Shown here piece by piece: positions 9,838 to 20,676 of a stretch of 64,000 bases of DNA; position 1 is the stretch's first letter, and every line of letters starts with the position of its first letter. The position numbers and the translations under genes were made by a program. The stretch comes from Nemertoderma westbladi (taxonomy: Eukaryota; Animalia; Xenacoelomorpha). The stretch covers positions 62,001 through 126,000 of the forward strand of contig JAUCBJ010004651.1 in NCBI GenBank assembly GCA_032718475.1, read 5' to 3'. Below the pieces are notes generated by a model. The model worked only from the letters and a program-made list of their open reading frames with translations. It searched no databases and was not told the origin of the DNA.

Positions 9838-11067
9838 TGTAAAAGCTTCTGTGGGATATAACTGGCCCCTTTTGCTTCGCAATCCAGTTTCCCCCCAGGC
9901 GCTGGAATACTCTAAAAAGGTTCTCTAACTGTATATATATTCCCCTCGCCCGCAAGGTACCGTTACAGGTGTTTTAACGGACATAAAAGTCATTCTGCTA
10001 TATACGTGTTTTAGCGGACATGGTAAGGCAAAAAACCTGCAATGCACCAAATACCTTTCACAGCTTAGCCGTGATGATTCATATTACGACATCTAACAGC
10101 TGGTTGCTGACATGGAAACAGCCATTGGATGCATGGTTCTTTGTTTGGCTTGAGCCAATCAGAGCGTTTTTTCCTGTCGACGTGTAGCTTTTCGGCCGAT
10201 CATAAGGAGAGTGTTCAGTCTTACTGTTTTTACTTGATACTTTGTTGTTATTGCTGTCTAAGCCAGAAACACCGGCTCTAAGAACTCTAGTAAAACTGCT
10301 TAGATTATAGAAAGTATAACTGTTACCGGCAGTGTTACCTCACTTAATTTAATTGCACTAATCATATTGTTTGTACTGCTATTTACCGTCAGTTATTAAT
10401 TGTATCTATTTGTTGATGGAAATATTGCTCTTTGGAGAATACGGATAAATCACCCCAAATTCCCAATTTTCTTGATACACTACAGGTTAGAGAGGCGGGC
10501 TATATATAACAATTGCGATTTATATCAATGTGGTGTGTATTGAATCTAATGTTATTTAGTAGACACTACCTGAGTCAATTGCTGTTCTCTTTATGTGTGA
10601 TCAAATATACTGACGGTCGGCAGAATAGTGTGCATGATTGTGAGTGTGATGTGACTGGTAACAAAGCATTTCCTAAAGAATGCGACTTATACTTTAATCA
10701 TAAGCCTTATCGTTGCGTTTAGTATAAGTCCTAGCTCTGTTTAAATAGATAGAGCGCCACGTCCTAAAGGAACTGTTAATATTTCCCGAAAGTTAATAAT
10801 ATCTGTCAGAAATTAATTATTAGTGATCTATCGAATAATACAATAGGTTTACACTGCAACCTTACACTGCAATAATAAAATCTAAGCATCCGAATTCAGC
10901 CTCCCGGGTGTAGATCCATCGGGTGAATGATCGCGCATGGGCTGGCTTCGGCTAATGTTTTGTTTATTAGCATAAAATATTGTCGTATGCTAAAGGTGTG
11001 TTAATTAACTAAAAGACATATAAATTTTGGCAGGTTAAACTGCTAAAGGTCTTCAAAAGCGCGAACA
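9838..11067 (+). repeat. 3' LTR of element A (1230 bp, TGT...ACA)
   Basis: Preceded by PPT-like TGGGAGCGG; CCAAT box AGCCAATCAG ~10154; end matches 1-306. Confidence 0.9.
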
Positions 11068-11155
11068 GGCCCTACCAGTAAATTTAGAAATAGTTTGTAA
11101 ATATTTTATATTTCGATTGGTGAAAACAGCCTTACTTACTGTTTTCATGGAGCGG

Positions 11156-11527
11156 TGATGAATTATTTCACTATAAGATAGCATTTGTAGTTTAACTTTA
11201 ACGTAAAAACTTTCGAAAATCCGACGTATTTTGATTAAGTTACAGTAATGTAATATGCCTATTCATATTTGTACACATAAAACCCTTAGGTACTCTCGTG
11301 GCGTAGTGGTCAGATGGTTAAGGCGTTGGTTACATTACATAGGTTACGAGTTCGAATCCCAGTCGGGAAATTTGTATTTTGGGGCCATTTATTTTCGTGT
11401 GGTGCTAATTGGTAGGCCAATGAGAAGCGTACAGCGTAGCGAATGATGAGCCAGGCCAATCATAGGGCATAAATTATCTTATTGCTCAAATGTGAGGCAG
11501 TGGAAAATTCTGTTAGGATTCCATGCT
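11156..11527 (+). mobile_element. Truncated LTR of a further Bel/Pao family ('D') with tRNA-like Pol III boxes
   Basis: PPT-like GGAGCGG then TGATGAATTATTTC, similar to the start of the element C LTR; A/B-box-like sequence at ~11300-11365 followed by CCAAT boxes. Confidence 0.5.
11299..11370 (+). ncRNA. tRNA-like sequence (degenerate A box, B box GAGTTCGAATCCC), not a functional tRNA
   Basis: TGGTCAGATGG and GTTCGAATCC at tRNA-like spacing; no convincing acceptor or anticodon stems. Confidence 0.55.
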
Positions 11528-11732
11528 AAGCCTTTGGGACGGACAGTGGAGTGACTTGTGCCGGTTATCGTTGTCGTTGTACAGCTACGTCGTTGGCGAA
11601 AGTACAGCTACAGCGGTACATCGGCGCTGAGAATCTCCTACTGTCCGGGGGCAAGGGAGAAATAGGCAGCGACGCCCGCTCGCCTAACGATATATAAACT
11701 CATTATAATATTGGTGAACTTGTATAGCAGAT

Positions 11733-14700
11733 ATGACTGAATTAATAGAAGATGATCTTGGTATCAGGGAGAGATATACTCTACCTTTACAAGCGTTTGT
11801 CGATAGCTTGATACGCGGCGACGCTGATCCAACTACTACGGAGGACGATGGTCGTTATATCGAACCGCCAATGTCCCAGGAGCAACTTACGCGTGAATTG
11901 GATTATAGAAAGTTCACTGCTCGCTACACGCATCGTAATGGTACGTATATGGACTTCTTGACCACTGGTCATCCTATTGATTTACACGATACGGACGATG
12001 TAGACACCGAAAGGGAAATGGTTTTATTTAAATATCATGCCCAGCGGAGTCGAAACGATAAATTGAGAATAGAACACGAGAACTCTATTCGAAACAAACT
12101 CGAAAGAGAAGACGTTGAAGAACCTGATAAACGTAACGGTTTCAACGATTATCTAGAATTCTTACGAGAGACCTATCTCAATGTTGCCAGTCAACAAAAC
12201 CTCGAAACTCGATATCCCCAAGGTATACATCCAGATCCTATAATGGAACTCAAACGGCTCTATTTTACGATGATGTATCTTACCGCCGATCGACCGCTAC
12301 CTGTCGTTCCAGATAGCTTCGAACAGATGGAGGAATATTGTAAAACTGGAGAGCGATCACCCGCGTTTCCCCTTCAAGACGTGCGTCTTTGGTATTACTG
12401 TGACGAATGCCCTAGACCTAACCAGCAAATCGAAAGGCATAAACATCCTCGGAGACGTTGCGCTAAACACAGTTTTACGCGATATACTTATGGGAGTTTC
12501 GAGCGTAACCTTTTCGACGTATCACCTACGGTCGCGCGCCTTAAGCGATCATTGAATAAACCCATGATCAGAGTTCCGGAATACTCGGTCAGACCTCCCC
12601 ATTCACAAGTGATACCTCAAACTCTAGATCCTAATAGTATTACGGATCCTCCCGAACTGTACTCACTGTTCAAAGATCTAGTGTTACCTGAACAGTTGAT
12701 TGGTGGCACTCCGGTAGTGGGTTCGTTGGATATTCGCCAACCTTACCTCGCTGGACTAGGACGCGGTCATCTAATATCACCGTTTAACCCCTACAACCGT
12801 CCTGGCCTTCCTCCGATCCAACCTGTTACAGAAGTCGAAGAGAGCGTGATACGAAATGCATTGGACGCTATTCGGCAGAAAATCGGAAAAGGAACTTACG
12901 ATTGCTTGGAGAAACGTAAATTGCAACAACAAGTCCAAGCGGTGAAAGAACTAGCTTTACCCCAGTTCGATAGAGAAATACAAAATCTAGAGGAGGACAT
13001 CGAACGTGGACGAACCTACTCTTTACAGGAATTCCTGGACGAGCGCTTGCAACAACAAGCGGAGGAAAATCAACTCGAGGAGAGACATATAGAGCTGACT
13101 GAGAGGGAAGAAGCAGCTTTAGCCCAACCAGAAGCTCAAATTCTAGTGACGGATCTCTATTCCAAAACGATCCTCCACCCCTCGATGGTTCCTCAGTTTA
13201 AAGACAAGCTCTTTGCTACGGTACAGCCTCAACCGGTTAATACTGATCTCAGCTCTCACGAGCTCGTTGCTGATGCTCCCATGCTACAACGTCCACCCAT
13301 CGAGGCCGCTCGTGTAGATGGTTTACTTGTTGAGCCTCCGGACAATAGAGCGGATCTTGTCCGTCGCATGGTGCACGATGTTAACATACGCGCTAGACCT
13401 TTGCCGGACTCATTTTATGGAATTAAGGATCATCCTTATTACGTCAATTTAAAGCAATATTACATGGTGAAACCAGAAGATCCTACGCATAGTCTGAAGT
13501 TTCTACCATTGATCAATCCTCTCGACCTTGTCGAACTCGAACAACTACAAAAACACCTAGATCAGCTAGTTAAACTAAACTCATTTAGAAAACCGTATAA
13601 TATTTCTAGAATAGAGAAAGAAATATCACCTCCGTACAATCTTGATGGATTTATTAAAACTCGATTGGTGCACTGGAATCTTGACGTGTTATTCGAGGAA
13701 GAAAGAATAAAACGATATGGAGATGTGGAAACCTATACTACACAATGCTTAAAGTATGGAGATTTACCCAATGCTAACGAGTGTGCTACTTTGTGGCATC
13801 CAGTGGGAATGACTCTCGAAAACGCCACTAAAGAATGGAACGAGACTCTTAACGTTATCGAGATGTATGGCGTTGTTACTTACGACAACGAAGGTAGCGT
13901 TCCGGTGGGAGAACTAGGAACTACGCGAATGATACATATACGAGGACTCGCTGGTTCTACCCACGTATTCACTCGAGCGTGTTCTGACGTGATTGATTAT
14001 TCTTTTGAAACTCTTACGGAGATACAAAAGAAACTTCGACATGGACAATTCGAACTCGCGCAGCGTTACGTCACCGACACCGAACGCAAACCGGCCATGG
14101 GTATCGATGGATCAATATTACCCCAACCTGTACTCGCAATGTTGTTTAACGAAAGAATTCTAAAAATCGGCTCAGCTGTTTATGGAGATCTCCAAAACGA
14201 CTTCCGGAATATGGAGAACATTCCATACCCTTTCGTTGATACTCAGCTGATTGCTCCTTGGGCCGAAGGCCGAGGTTTCTTTCGCACTATGTATGCCAAT
14301 ACACCCAGCGGCATTACTAAAGTACAACGGACATCCATCGGACATCTTGCCTTTCAAGAATATGGTTGGAATTTCAAAGTTGGAAATCCTATAAATTACC
14401 AGCAAGTATATGGGGATCATTACTCTCGTTTATATTTTGATGGACCGTTAACTGCGCCTGGTGCCGTATATAGCTTTATGAGTGTTCCCCTTCGCCCTTC
14501 CTTAGCTATATACACGATCTTTGAAAACGCAGCACTTGCCGGTTGGCTAGCCGATGTGTGCAGTCGTACCATACGCGCTCACCCGTTAATACTTGGAACT
14601 AAACTCGCCAAGTTAGACGAACACAATAAGTTCATACGTTTCGAATGTTTCCGGTGCTTTCCGACTCCGTTCCGTAACGTCGATAGTCAGTTCAAGGACC

Positions 14701-15986
14701 GCGCGCTGACCAAGCTCAGTCTTAGAGACTCAGCTGCGGAGAAACTGAGTAGCGCTGGATTTGCCGTCTTTCAAGACGTTTCTATACAGAACCTACATTC
14801 ATCCGTTATACAAAGACCCCGAATATCTACAGGTTATTCTGTCGTGGAAATACAGACAGTGGGTCCACTTACGGAAACCGACGCACCCACTTCGTCTATG
14901 CAGCTGGAGGATGAACCAGTATGCTTGGAATCAGAAGCGATTCAACCTACGGCTTCCCGGAGCAGTGACAATGATTATGTCATAGAGTGGTATCAAGGTC
15001 CACAGCGTCTCACAGCGTACGATTATCGACACGCCAACTACGTTTCCCGAAAACGTTGTCGATTATGCGCATCGAGAGACCACTTCACTCCTCTAGACTC
15101 GAGCGTACCTTGTTCCTATTTCCTCGAACAACCGATGATGGAAATATATTGTGCTTATTGCCGGCTTAATAACTCTCATATATTTGCCGTCTGCCCACAA
15201 TTTATGACTCAATGTCACTACTGCCAACTTAAAGGACACGAAAGTTACAATTGTCCCTTTAATCGCGATTTAGAGAGCGTAGACGAGATGATCACCCTGC
15301 GATACATCCGAGCTTGGGAAGCGAACGCAGATTTACATTGCGAATCCAGACATCGCTATTACCCTGGACGAGCTTACGAGGGAGTTTACGCGTTCCATCC
15401 TTACCTATTCGCGTCGATTGAACAGAAAACACGCGTACCAAGTTACGAGTTAATAAAGCGTGTTGGTGAGTGTATTTCCACCAAGTTTGTCAGAAAATAC
15501 CTTAGAAATATCAACCCTAATGATATAACCACATATCACCTGATCAATTTTATCCGTCAGGACCCTGAGTATGGCGACATTTTCGTGAACTCGCATCCTG
15601 AACTCCAGGAAGTATCTCGGCGCCCATACGAATATCGAACCCGAGAACGCGAGCTGGAGAGAACCATTAAACCGAGAAAGTTCCTCACCACTCACGGTCC
15701 ACCCACCGCTAGTGTCCAGACGACCCGTCAAGGACCCGTAGGAGCTGCTGTCCTGAGACGCGCTCTAAAGGCCGTTAGATCTCGCTCCACTGAGGTTGAT
15801 ATTAATCAACCAGGTACTTCGACCGGCGGGTATACCGATCGTAACCCTGCACCTTCTGATGCAATTATATTGCACCCTTCGCCTAGGAGCTACAGCCCTC
15901 CTCGTAAAGTGGCTCGCCCCAAAGAGAAAATGACTCTTGCTAGCTTTAAAAAACTGCGTAAACGCCGTCCGCGCAAGAAAGACTAA
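11733..15986 (+). CDS. Accessory retrotransposon protein (1417 aa): WRN/EXD-like DEDDy 3'-5' exonuclease domain, CCHC zinc knuckles, C-terminal basic NLS
   Basis: ExoI GVVTYDNEG (D718,E720); ExoII LPQPVLAMLFNERILKIGSAVYGD (D819); FVDTQLIA; SIGHLA..YG..K; ExoIII-like PLRPSLAIYTIFE (Y927,E931); CHYCQLKGHESYNC and CAYCRLNNSHIFAVC; KKLRKRRPRKK. Confidence 0.78.
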   Translation: MTELIEDDLGIRERYTLPLQAFVDSLIRGDADPTTTEDDGRYIEPPMSQEQLTRELDYRKFTARYTHRNGTYMDFLTTGHPIDLHDTDDVDTEREMVLFKYHAQRSRNDKLRIEHENSIRNKLEREDVEEPDKRNGFNDYLEFLRETYLNVASQQNLETRYPQGIHPDPIMELKRLYFTMMYLTADRPLPVVPDSFEQMEEYCKTGERSPAFPLQDVRLWYYCDECPRPNQQIERHKHPRRRCAKHSFTRYTYGSFERNLFDVSPTVARLKRSLNKPMIRVPEYSVRPPHSQVIPQTLDPNSITDPPELYSLFKDLVLPEQLIGGTPVVGSLDIRQPYLAGLGRGHLISPFNPYNRPGLPPIQPVTEVEESVIRNALDAIRQKIGKGTYDCLEKRKLQQQVQAVKELALPQFDREIQNLEEDIERGRTYSLQEFLDERLQQQAEENQLEERHIELTEREEAALAQPEAQILVTDLYSKTILHPSMVPQFKDKLFATVQPQPVNTDLSSHELVADAPMLQRPPIEAARVDGLLVEPPDNRADLVRRMVHDVNIRARPLPDSFYGIKDHPYYVNLKQYYMVKPEDPTHSLKFLPLINPLDLVELEQLQKHLDQLVKLNSFRKPYNISRIEKEISPPYNLDGFIKTRLVHWNLDVLFEEERIKRYGDVETYTTQCLKYGDLPNANECATLWHPVGMTLENATKEWNETLNVIEMYGVVTYDNEGSVPVGELGTTRMIHIRGLAGSTHVFTRACSDVIDYSFETLTEIQKKLRHGQFELAQRYVTDTERKPAMGIDGSILPQPVLAMLFNERILKIGSAVYGDLQNDFRNMENIPYPFVDTQLIAPWAEGRGFFRTMYANTPSGITKVQRTSIGHLAFQEYGWNFKVGNPINYQQVYGDHYSRLYFDGPLTAPGAVYSFMSVPLRPSLAIYTIFENAALAGWLADVCSRTIRAHPLILGTKLAKLDEHNKFIRFECFRCFPTPFRNVDSQFKDRALTKLSLRDSAAEKLSSAGFAVFQDVSIQNLHSSVIQRPRISTGYSVVEIQTVGPLTETDAPTSSMQLEDEPVCLESEAIQPTASRSSDNDYVIEWYQGPQRLTAYDYRHANYVSRKRCRLCASRDHFTPLDSSVPCSYFLEQPMMEIYCAYCRLNNSHIFAVCPQFMTQCHYCQLKGHESYNCPFNRDLESVDEMITLRYIRAWEANADLHCESRHRYYPGRAYEGVYAFHPYLFASIEQKTRVPSYELIKRVGECISTKFVRKYLRNINPNDITTYHLINFIRQDPEYGDIFVNSHPELQEVSRRPYEYRTRERELERTIKPRKFLTTHGPPTASVQTTRQGPVGAAVLRRALKAVRSRSTEVDINQPGTSTGGYTDRNPAPSDAIILHPSPRSYSPPRKVARPKEKMTLASFKKLRKRRPRKKD

Positions 15987-16064
15987 CTGTTTAGAGTATT
16001 TTTGTATATTAGAAATTGTGATTTTGTATATTTTATAGACTTAAATCCCATTTTCTGGGAGCGG

Positions 16065-17277
16065 TGTAAAAGCTTTTGTGGGATAACTGATTCGTTTGCC
16101 TTGTTGGCCAGTTCCCCCCCGGTCGCTAGAATAGTGCAAGCTTTAATAGCACGCTTAAAATAGTGCAAGCTACCAGCTTATTGGCTGATTTGCTGTACGC
16201 AGGTATCTGGGCTCTGTTTAATCGGCCAACTAGCCTAGGAAGGTTGCGTCATAGCCTTGTTTTTGTATCTCCCAATAGAATTTGAGTTAGCCTTGATTTT
16301 GACCTATCACAGAGCTACTGAACTGAAAATTTCCTATCTCACTGCTCTTTCTCTGTGTTGAACGGGAGCTTCGTGGAATAAGGGTAGTTGGTATCCTCGT
16401 ATAGAGAGTAGTCACGAGTTTTTCAAAGCCACGAAAGAACGGCTTTTTAGTGTTTTGTGCTTTCTGCTTTTTAGCTCAACACTAGTAGGTTTAATTATAA
16501 GGACATATATCCTTTAACTGCAATTTCGTAATCACTGCAAACTGCTGACGCACACGGCTTTTAATCTTGAATATCTCACTGCTAAAAATTACCTGCTCAA
16601 TCAATACGGTATACTGCTATTTGTTGTCGGTTATTCATTATATTTGTTGATGAATTATTATATTGGAATAACGAGAAATAACCCCGAAAACCCAATATTC
16701 TTGATATACCGAAGGTAAGAGAGAAAGGTTACCTATAACGATTGTGACTTATGTTAAAGTGGTTTGAAGTGAATCTAATGTTATTTGATAGACCCTACAT
16801 GAGTCAGTCTGTGTTCCTTTTATATGTGACTAAAATCAGTGAAGATTGGCAGATTAGTGTGCAGTATTGTGCAGCATTGTGTATGAGTGAGTCTGTTAAA
16901 GAAGCAATTCCTAAAGAATGCGCCATATATGTGAATTATAATTAAGCCATATCGTTGTGAGTAGTTTAAGTCATAACTCTGTTTATATAAATAAAGCGCC
17001 ACGTCCTAAAGGAACTGTTAATATTCCCTAAGGTGAATAATATTGTCAGAGATTATATAATACTGTCAGTCGAATAATACATTAGGCTTACATAGCAATA
17101 AAATTAAACCGTCGAACCCAATCTCCCGGGAATATCCAGCGGGTGAATGATCGCGCACAGATTGGTTTCGACTAGTGTAGTGAATCAAATTCTTGTCATA
17201 GGCTAAAAAGCGATTTAATATCTAGAAGACATCTTAATTTGGCGGATTAAACTGCCAAAGGTCTGAAAGCGCGAACA
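16065..17277 (+). repeat. 3' LTR of element B (1213 bp, TGT...ACA)
   Basis: PPT TGGGAGCGG|TGTAAAAGC; ends AAAGCGCGAACA; 3' half homologous to LTR A. Confidence 0.88.
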
Positions 17278-17482
17278 GTGGGCGTATTAAAAAGTATCAG
17301 ATAAGGCATATAAACTACTACATAACTTGTTGAAATCGGAGTAGGAGATAAAGGTTTATTAAGTTATTTTTATCACACTGACAACATTGAAACCTTCCTT
17401 ACATACCGTGTAGTGCGTTACATACCACTAATAAACAGAAACTAACCAACATAACTTAATTCAAACCATTTTATTGTATCAG

Positions 17483-18678
17483 GGCGAACGTCGAGTATCA
17501 GCCACGAAGTGCTCGGGTTCGATACCGAGGGAAACCCATTGGATTTCTCCAACGGGCGAACTGTAGAGGAAATCTGTGAAACCGCCTCCAAACTCATCAC
17601 ACTCATAGACCTCGCCGGCCACCACAAATACCTAAAGACCACGATATTCGGGCTCACAGGCCACTGTCCCGACTTCGCTATGCTTGTCGTCGGCGCCAAC
17701 ATGGGTCTGGTCGGCATGGCTCGCGAGCACCTGGGCATCGCGCTCGCCCTCCAGGTCCCCATATTCGTGGTCGTCTCCAAGATCGATCTGTGCCCTGCGC
17801 GGGTCACGGACGCCACTTTGCGGCAGGTCGAGTCCCTGCTGAAGAGCCCCGGGTGCAACCGGGTCCCGCACCGGGTCGTCGACGCCGGTGACGTCACCGT
17901 CGCGGCGCAACGTTTCCCGGAGGGCGCCGTGACCCCGGTGTTCGCGATCTCGTCCGTGTCCGGGGAGAACCTCGGGTTGCTGAAGCGGTTCCTCAACCTG
18001 TTGGCGCCGGGCCGCAGTCGGGTGGAGTTGGAGAGGCTGAGTCAGGAGGAGACGGAGTTCCGTGTGGAGGAGACGTTCGAGGTGGGGGCCGTGGGTGGCG
18101 CTCTGTGTGGTGAGGGGGGCGCGGGGGGCACTCAGTGCGGCTCGGGGGGCACTCAGTGCGTGGTTGGGGGAGCCTTACAACGCGGCGTCGTCCGCGAAGG
18201 CGACGAACTGGCTGCGGGGCCGCGAGTCGACGGCTCTTTCTTCCGGGTCCGAGTGGTCTCGGCGCGCCGCAACCGGACCCCGTGCCGCGTGGTCCGCGCC
18301 GGCCAGTGCGCCACGCTGGCGCTGGAGGGCGCTACACCCTCGGCCTACCGCAAGGGGATGGTGTTGCTGAGCGGGTTGCTTGGGGTTCACGCCTGCGACA
18401 CGTTCGAGGCCGACGTCTACGTTCTTTTCCACGGGAGCGCCATCTGTCGCGGCTTCCAGGCCACCGTCCACGTAGGTAATGTGTGCCAGACCGCCGCGAT
18501 AGTTCGTCTCAGCACCACTAAGGGGCTGCGGACTAACGAGACCGCCACCGTGACCTTTCGCTTTCTGCGTCACCCAGAATTTATTAACGTCGGCGCTAAA
18601 CTCCTCATGCGAGAACGATCTACTAAGGGGATTGGACACGTTACTAAAACCTTCCCAATGGGCGACGACCCAACGTGA
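17483..18678 (+). CDS. GTPBP2: GTP-binding protein 2 (translational GTPase, EF-Tu/eEF1A-like), terminal exon; upstream exons outside the window
   Basis: Acceptor TTTTATTGTATCAG|; GRTSSISHEVLGF..EEICETASKLITLIDLAGHHKYLKTTIFGLT; REHLGIALAL; SKID (G4); beta-barrel domains to TKGIG; TGA at 18676. Confidence 0.9.
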
Positions 18679-19193
18679 CGTGACGTCACGCAGTCTAGTA
18701 GTCCTAGCAACGTTGGAAGTCGTATTAACTTATTAGTTTTGGTTTGATTTTATTAGGTGTAGTGAGTTATACTATTACAATAATATTATTCCCTTACACT
18801 TTGCTTTTTATTAATTAATTATTAGTTCACTTTTTATTAATTAATTATTAGTTCACTTTTATTAATTAATTATTGGTTTAATTTTAATTTTTAGTGTCAT
18901 AATTAATTAGCTAGAACAATAATTATTAGTTCCATTGATTTAATCGTACTCATTTATGTCATTCTCGGTTGCGAGATTTATACATTTTGCAATATTAGTG
19001 GTTAATATTTTAGTATAGTTGCAACCTATATCGCCCCGATGCTTTTAATAATCTCATTCTCATACATTGCAGTCACAATAATAATTTATACTTTGTTTAT
19101 AATATCTAACCTTTAGCATTAGGTTTTTCTCACTTATCTGCTTACAAAATAAAATATTTCAAATGTTGAACAAAAGAACGCACTGATGGCATA

Positions 19194-20676
19194 ATTAATC
19201 AGGTACACATGCAGCTATCATAGTTAATCAGGTACACATGTAGCTATCATAGTTAATCAGGTACACATGTAGCTATCATAGTTAATCAGGTACACATGCA
19301 GCTATCATAGTTAATCAGGTACACATGTAGCTATCATAGTTAATCAGGTACACATGTAGCTATCATAGTTAATCAGGTACACATGCAGCTATCATAGTTA
19401 ATCAGGTACACATGCAGCTATCATAGTTAATCAGGTACACCTGTAGCTATCATAGTTAATCAGGTACACATGCAGCTATAATAGTTAATCAGGTACACAT
19501 GCAGCTATCATAGTTAATCAGATACACATGCAGCTATCATAGTTAATCAGGTACACATGTAGCTATAATAGTTAATCAGGTACACATGCAGCTATAATAG
19601 TTAATCAGGTACACATGCAGCTATAATAGTTAATCAGGTACACATGCAGCTATCATAGTTAATCAGGTACACATGCAGCTATCATAGTTAATCAGATACA
19701 CATGCAGCTATCATAGTTAATCAGGTACACATGCAGCTATAATAGTTAATCAGGTACACATGTAGCTATAATAGTTAATCAGGTACACCTGCAGCTATAA
19801 TAGTTAATCAGGTACACATGCAGCTATCATAGTTAATCAGGTACACATGCAGCTATCATAGTTAATCAGATACACATGCAGCTATCATAGTTAATCAGGT
19901 ACACATGTAGCTATCATAGTTAATCAGGTACACATGCAGCTATAATAGTTAATCAGGTACACATGCAGCTATCATAGTTAATCAGGTACACATGCAGCTA
20001 TCATAGTTAATCAGATACACATGCAGCTATCATAGTTAATCAGGTACACATGTAGCTATAATAGTTAATCAGGTACACATGCAGCTATAATAGTTAATCA
20101 GGTACACATGCAGCTATAATAGTTAATCAGGTACACATGCAGCTATAATAGTTAATCAGGTACACATGCAGCTATCATAGTTAATCAGGTACACCTGTAG
20201 CTATCATAGTTAATCAGGTACACATGCAGCTATCATAGTTAATCAGGTACACATGCAGCTATCATAGTTAATCAGGTACACATGCAGCTATCATAGTTAA
20301 TCAGGTACACCTGTAGCTATCATAGTTAATCAGGTACACATGCAGCTATCATAGTTAATCAGGCAGATGCAGCTATCATAGTTAATCAGGTACACATGCA
20401 GCTATCATAGTTAATCAGGTACACATGTAGCTATCATAGTTAATCAGGTACACATGCAGCTATCATAGTTAATCAGGTACACATGCAGCTATCATAGTTA
20501 ATCAGGTACACATGTAGCTATCATAGTTAATCAGGTACACCTGTAGCTATCATAGTTAATCAGGTACACATGCAGCTATCATAGTTAATCAGGTACACAT
20601 GCAGCTATCATAGTTAATCAGGTACACCTGTAGCTATCATAGTTAATCAGGTACACATGCAGCTATCATAGTTAAT
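19194..20676. repeat. 29-bp tandem minisatellite (AGTTAATCAGGTACACATGCAGCTATCAT), ~51 copies
   Basis: Direct reading; few recurring variants. Confidence 0.97.

Larger units (their letters stand above)
1..11067 (+). mobile_element. Bel/Pao LTR retrotransposon 'A', internally deleted (non-autonomous); 5' LTR starts before the window
   Basis: 1-306 matches 10762-11067 (LTR end ...GCGCGAACA); Gag/protease ORF with Bel/Pao motifs; PPT GGGAGCGG before the 3' LTR TGT at 9838. Confidence 0.92.
11528..17277 (+). mobile_element. 3' part of Bel/Pao element 'B' (sister subfamily of A): accessory ORF plus 3' LTR
   Basis: AAGCCTTTGGGACGGACAG homologous to 8113 onward in A; same PPT; LTR 16065-17277 homologous to the A LTR in its 3' half. 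Confidence 0.88.

Noticed and set aside
11299-11370. Functional tRNA genes here and at 57678-57749
   Set aside because: A/B boxes present but acceptor and anticodon stems do not pair.
11733-15986. Env glycoprotein
   Set aside because: No signal peptide, transmembrane segment or fusion-protein Cys pattern; ends in a basic NLS-like tail.
17442-18639. Antisense and alternate-frame ORFs over GTPBP2
   Set aside because: Shadow ORFs of a GC-rich exon.
19194-20676. CRISPR-like 29-bp periodicity
   Set aside because: Head-to-tail repeats with no unique spacers, no cas genes, eukaryotic context.
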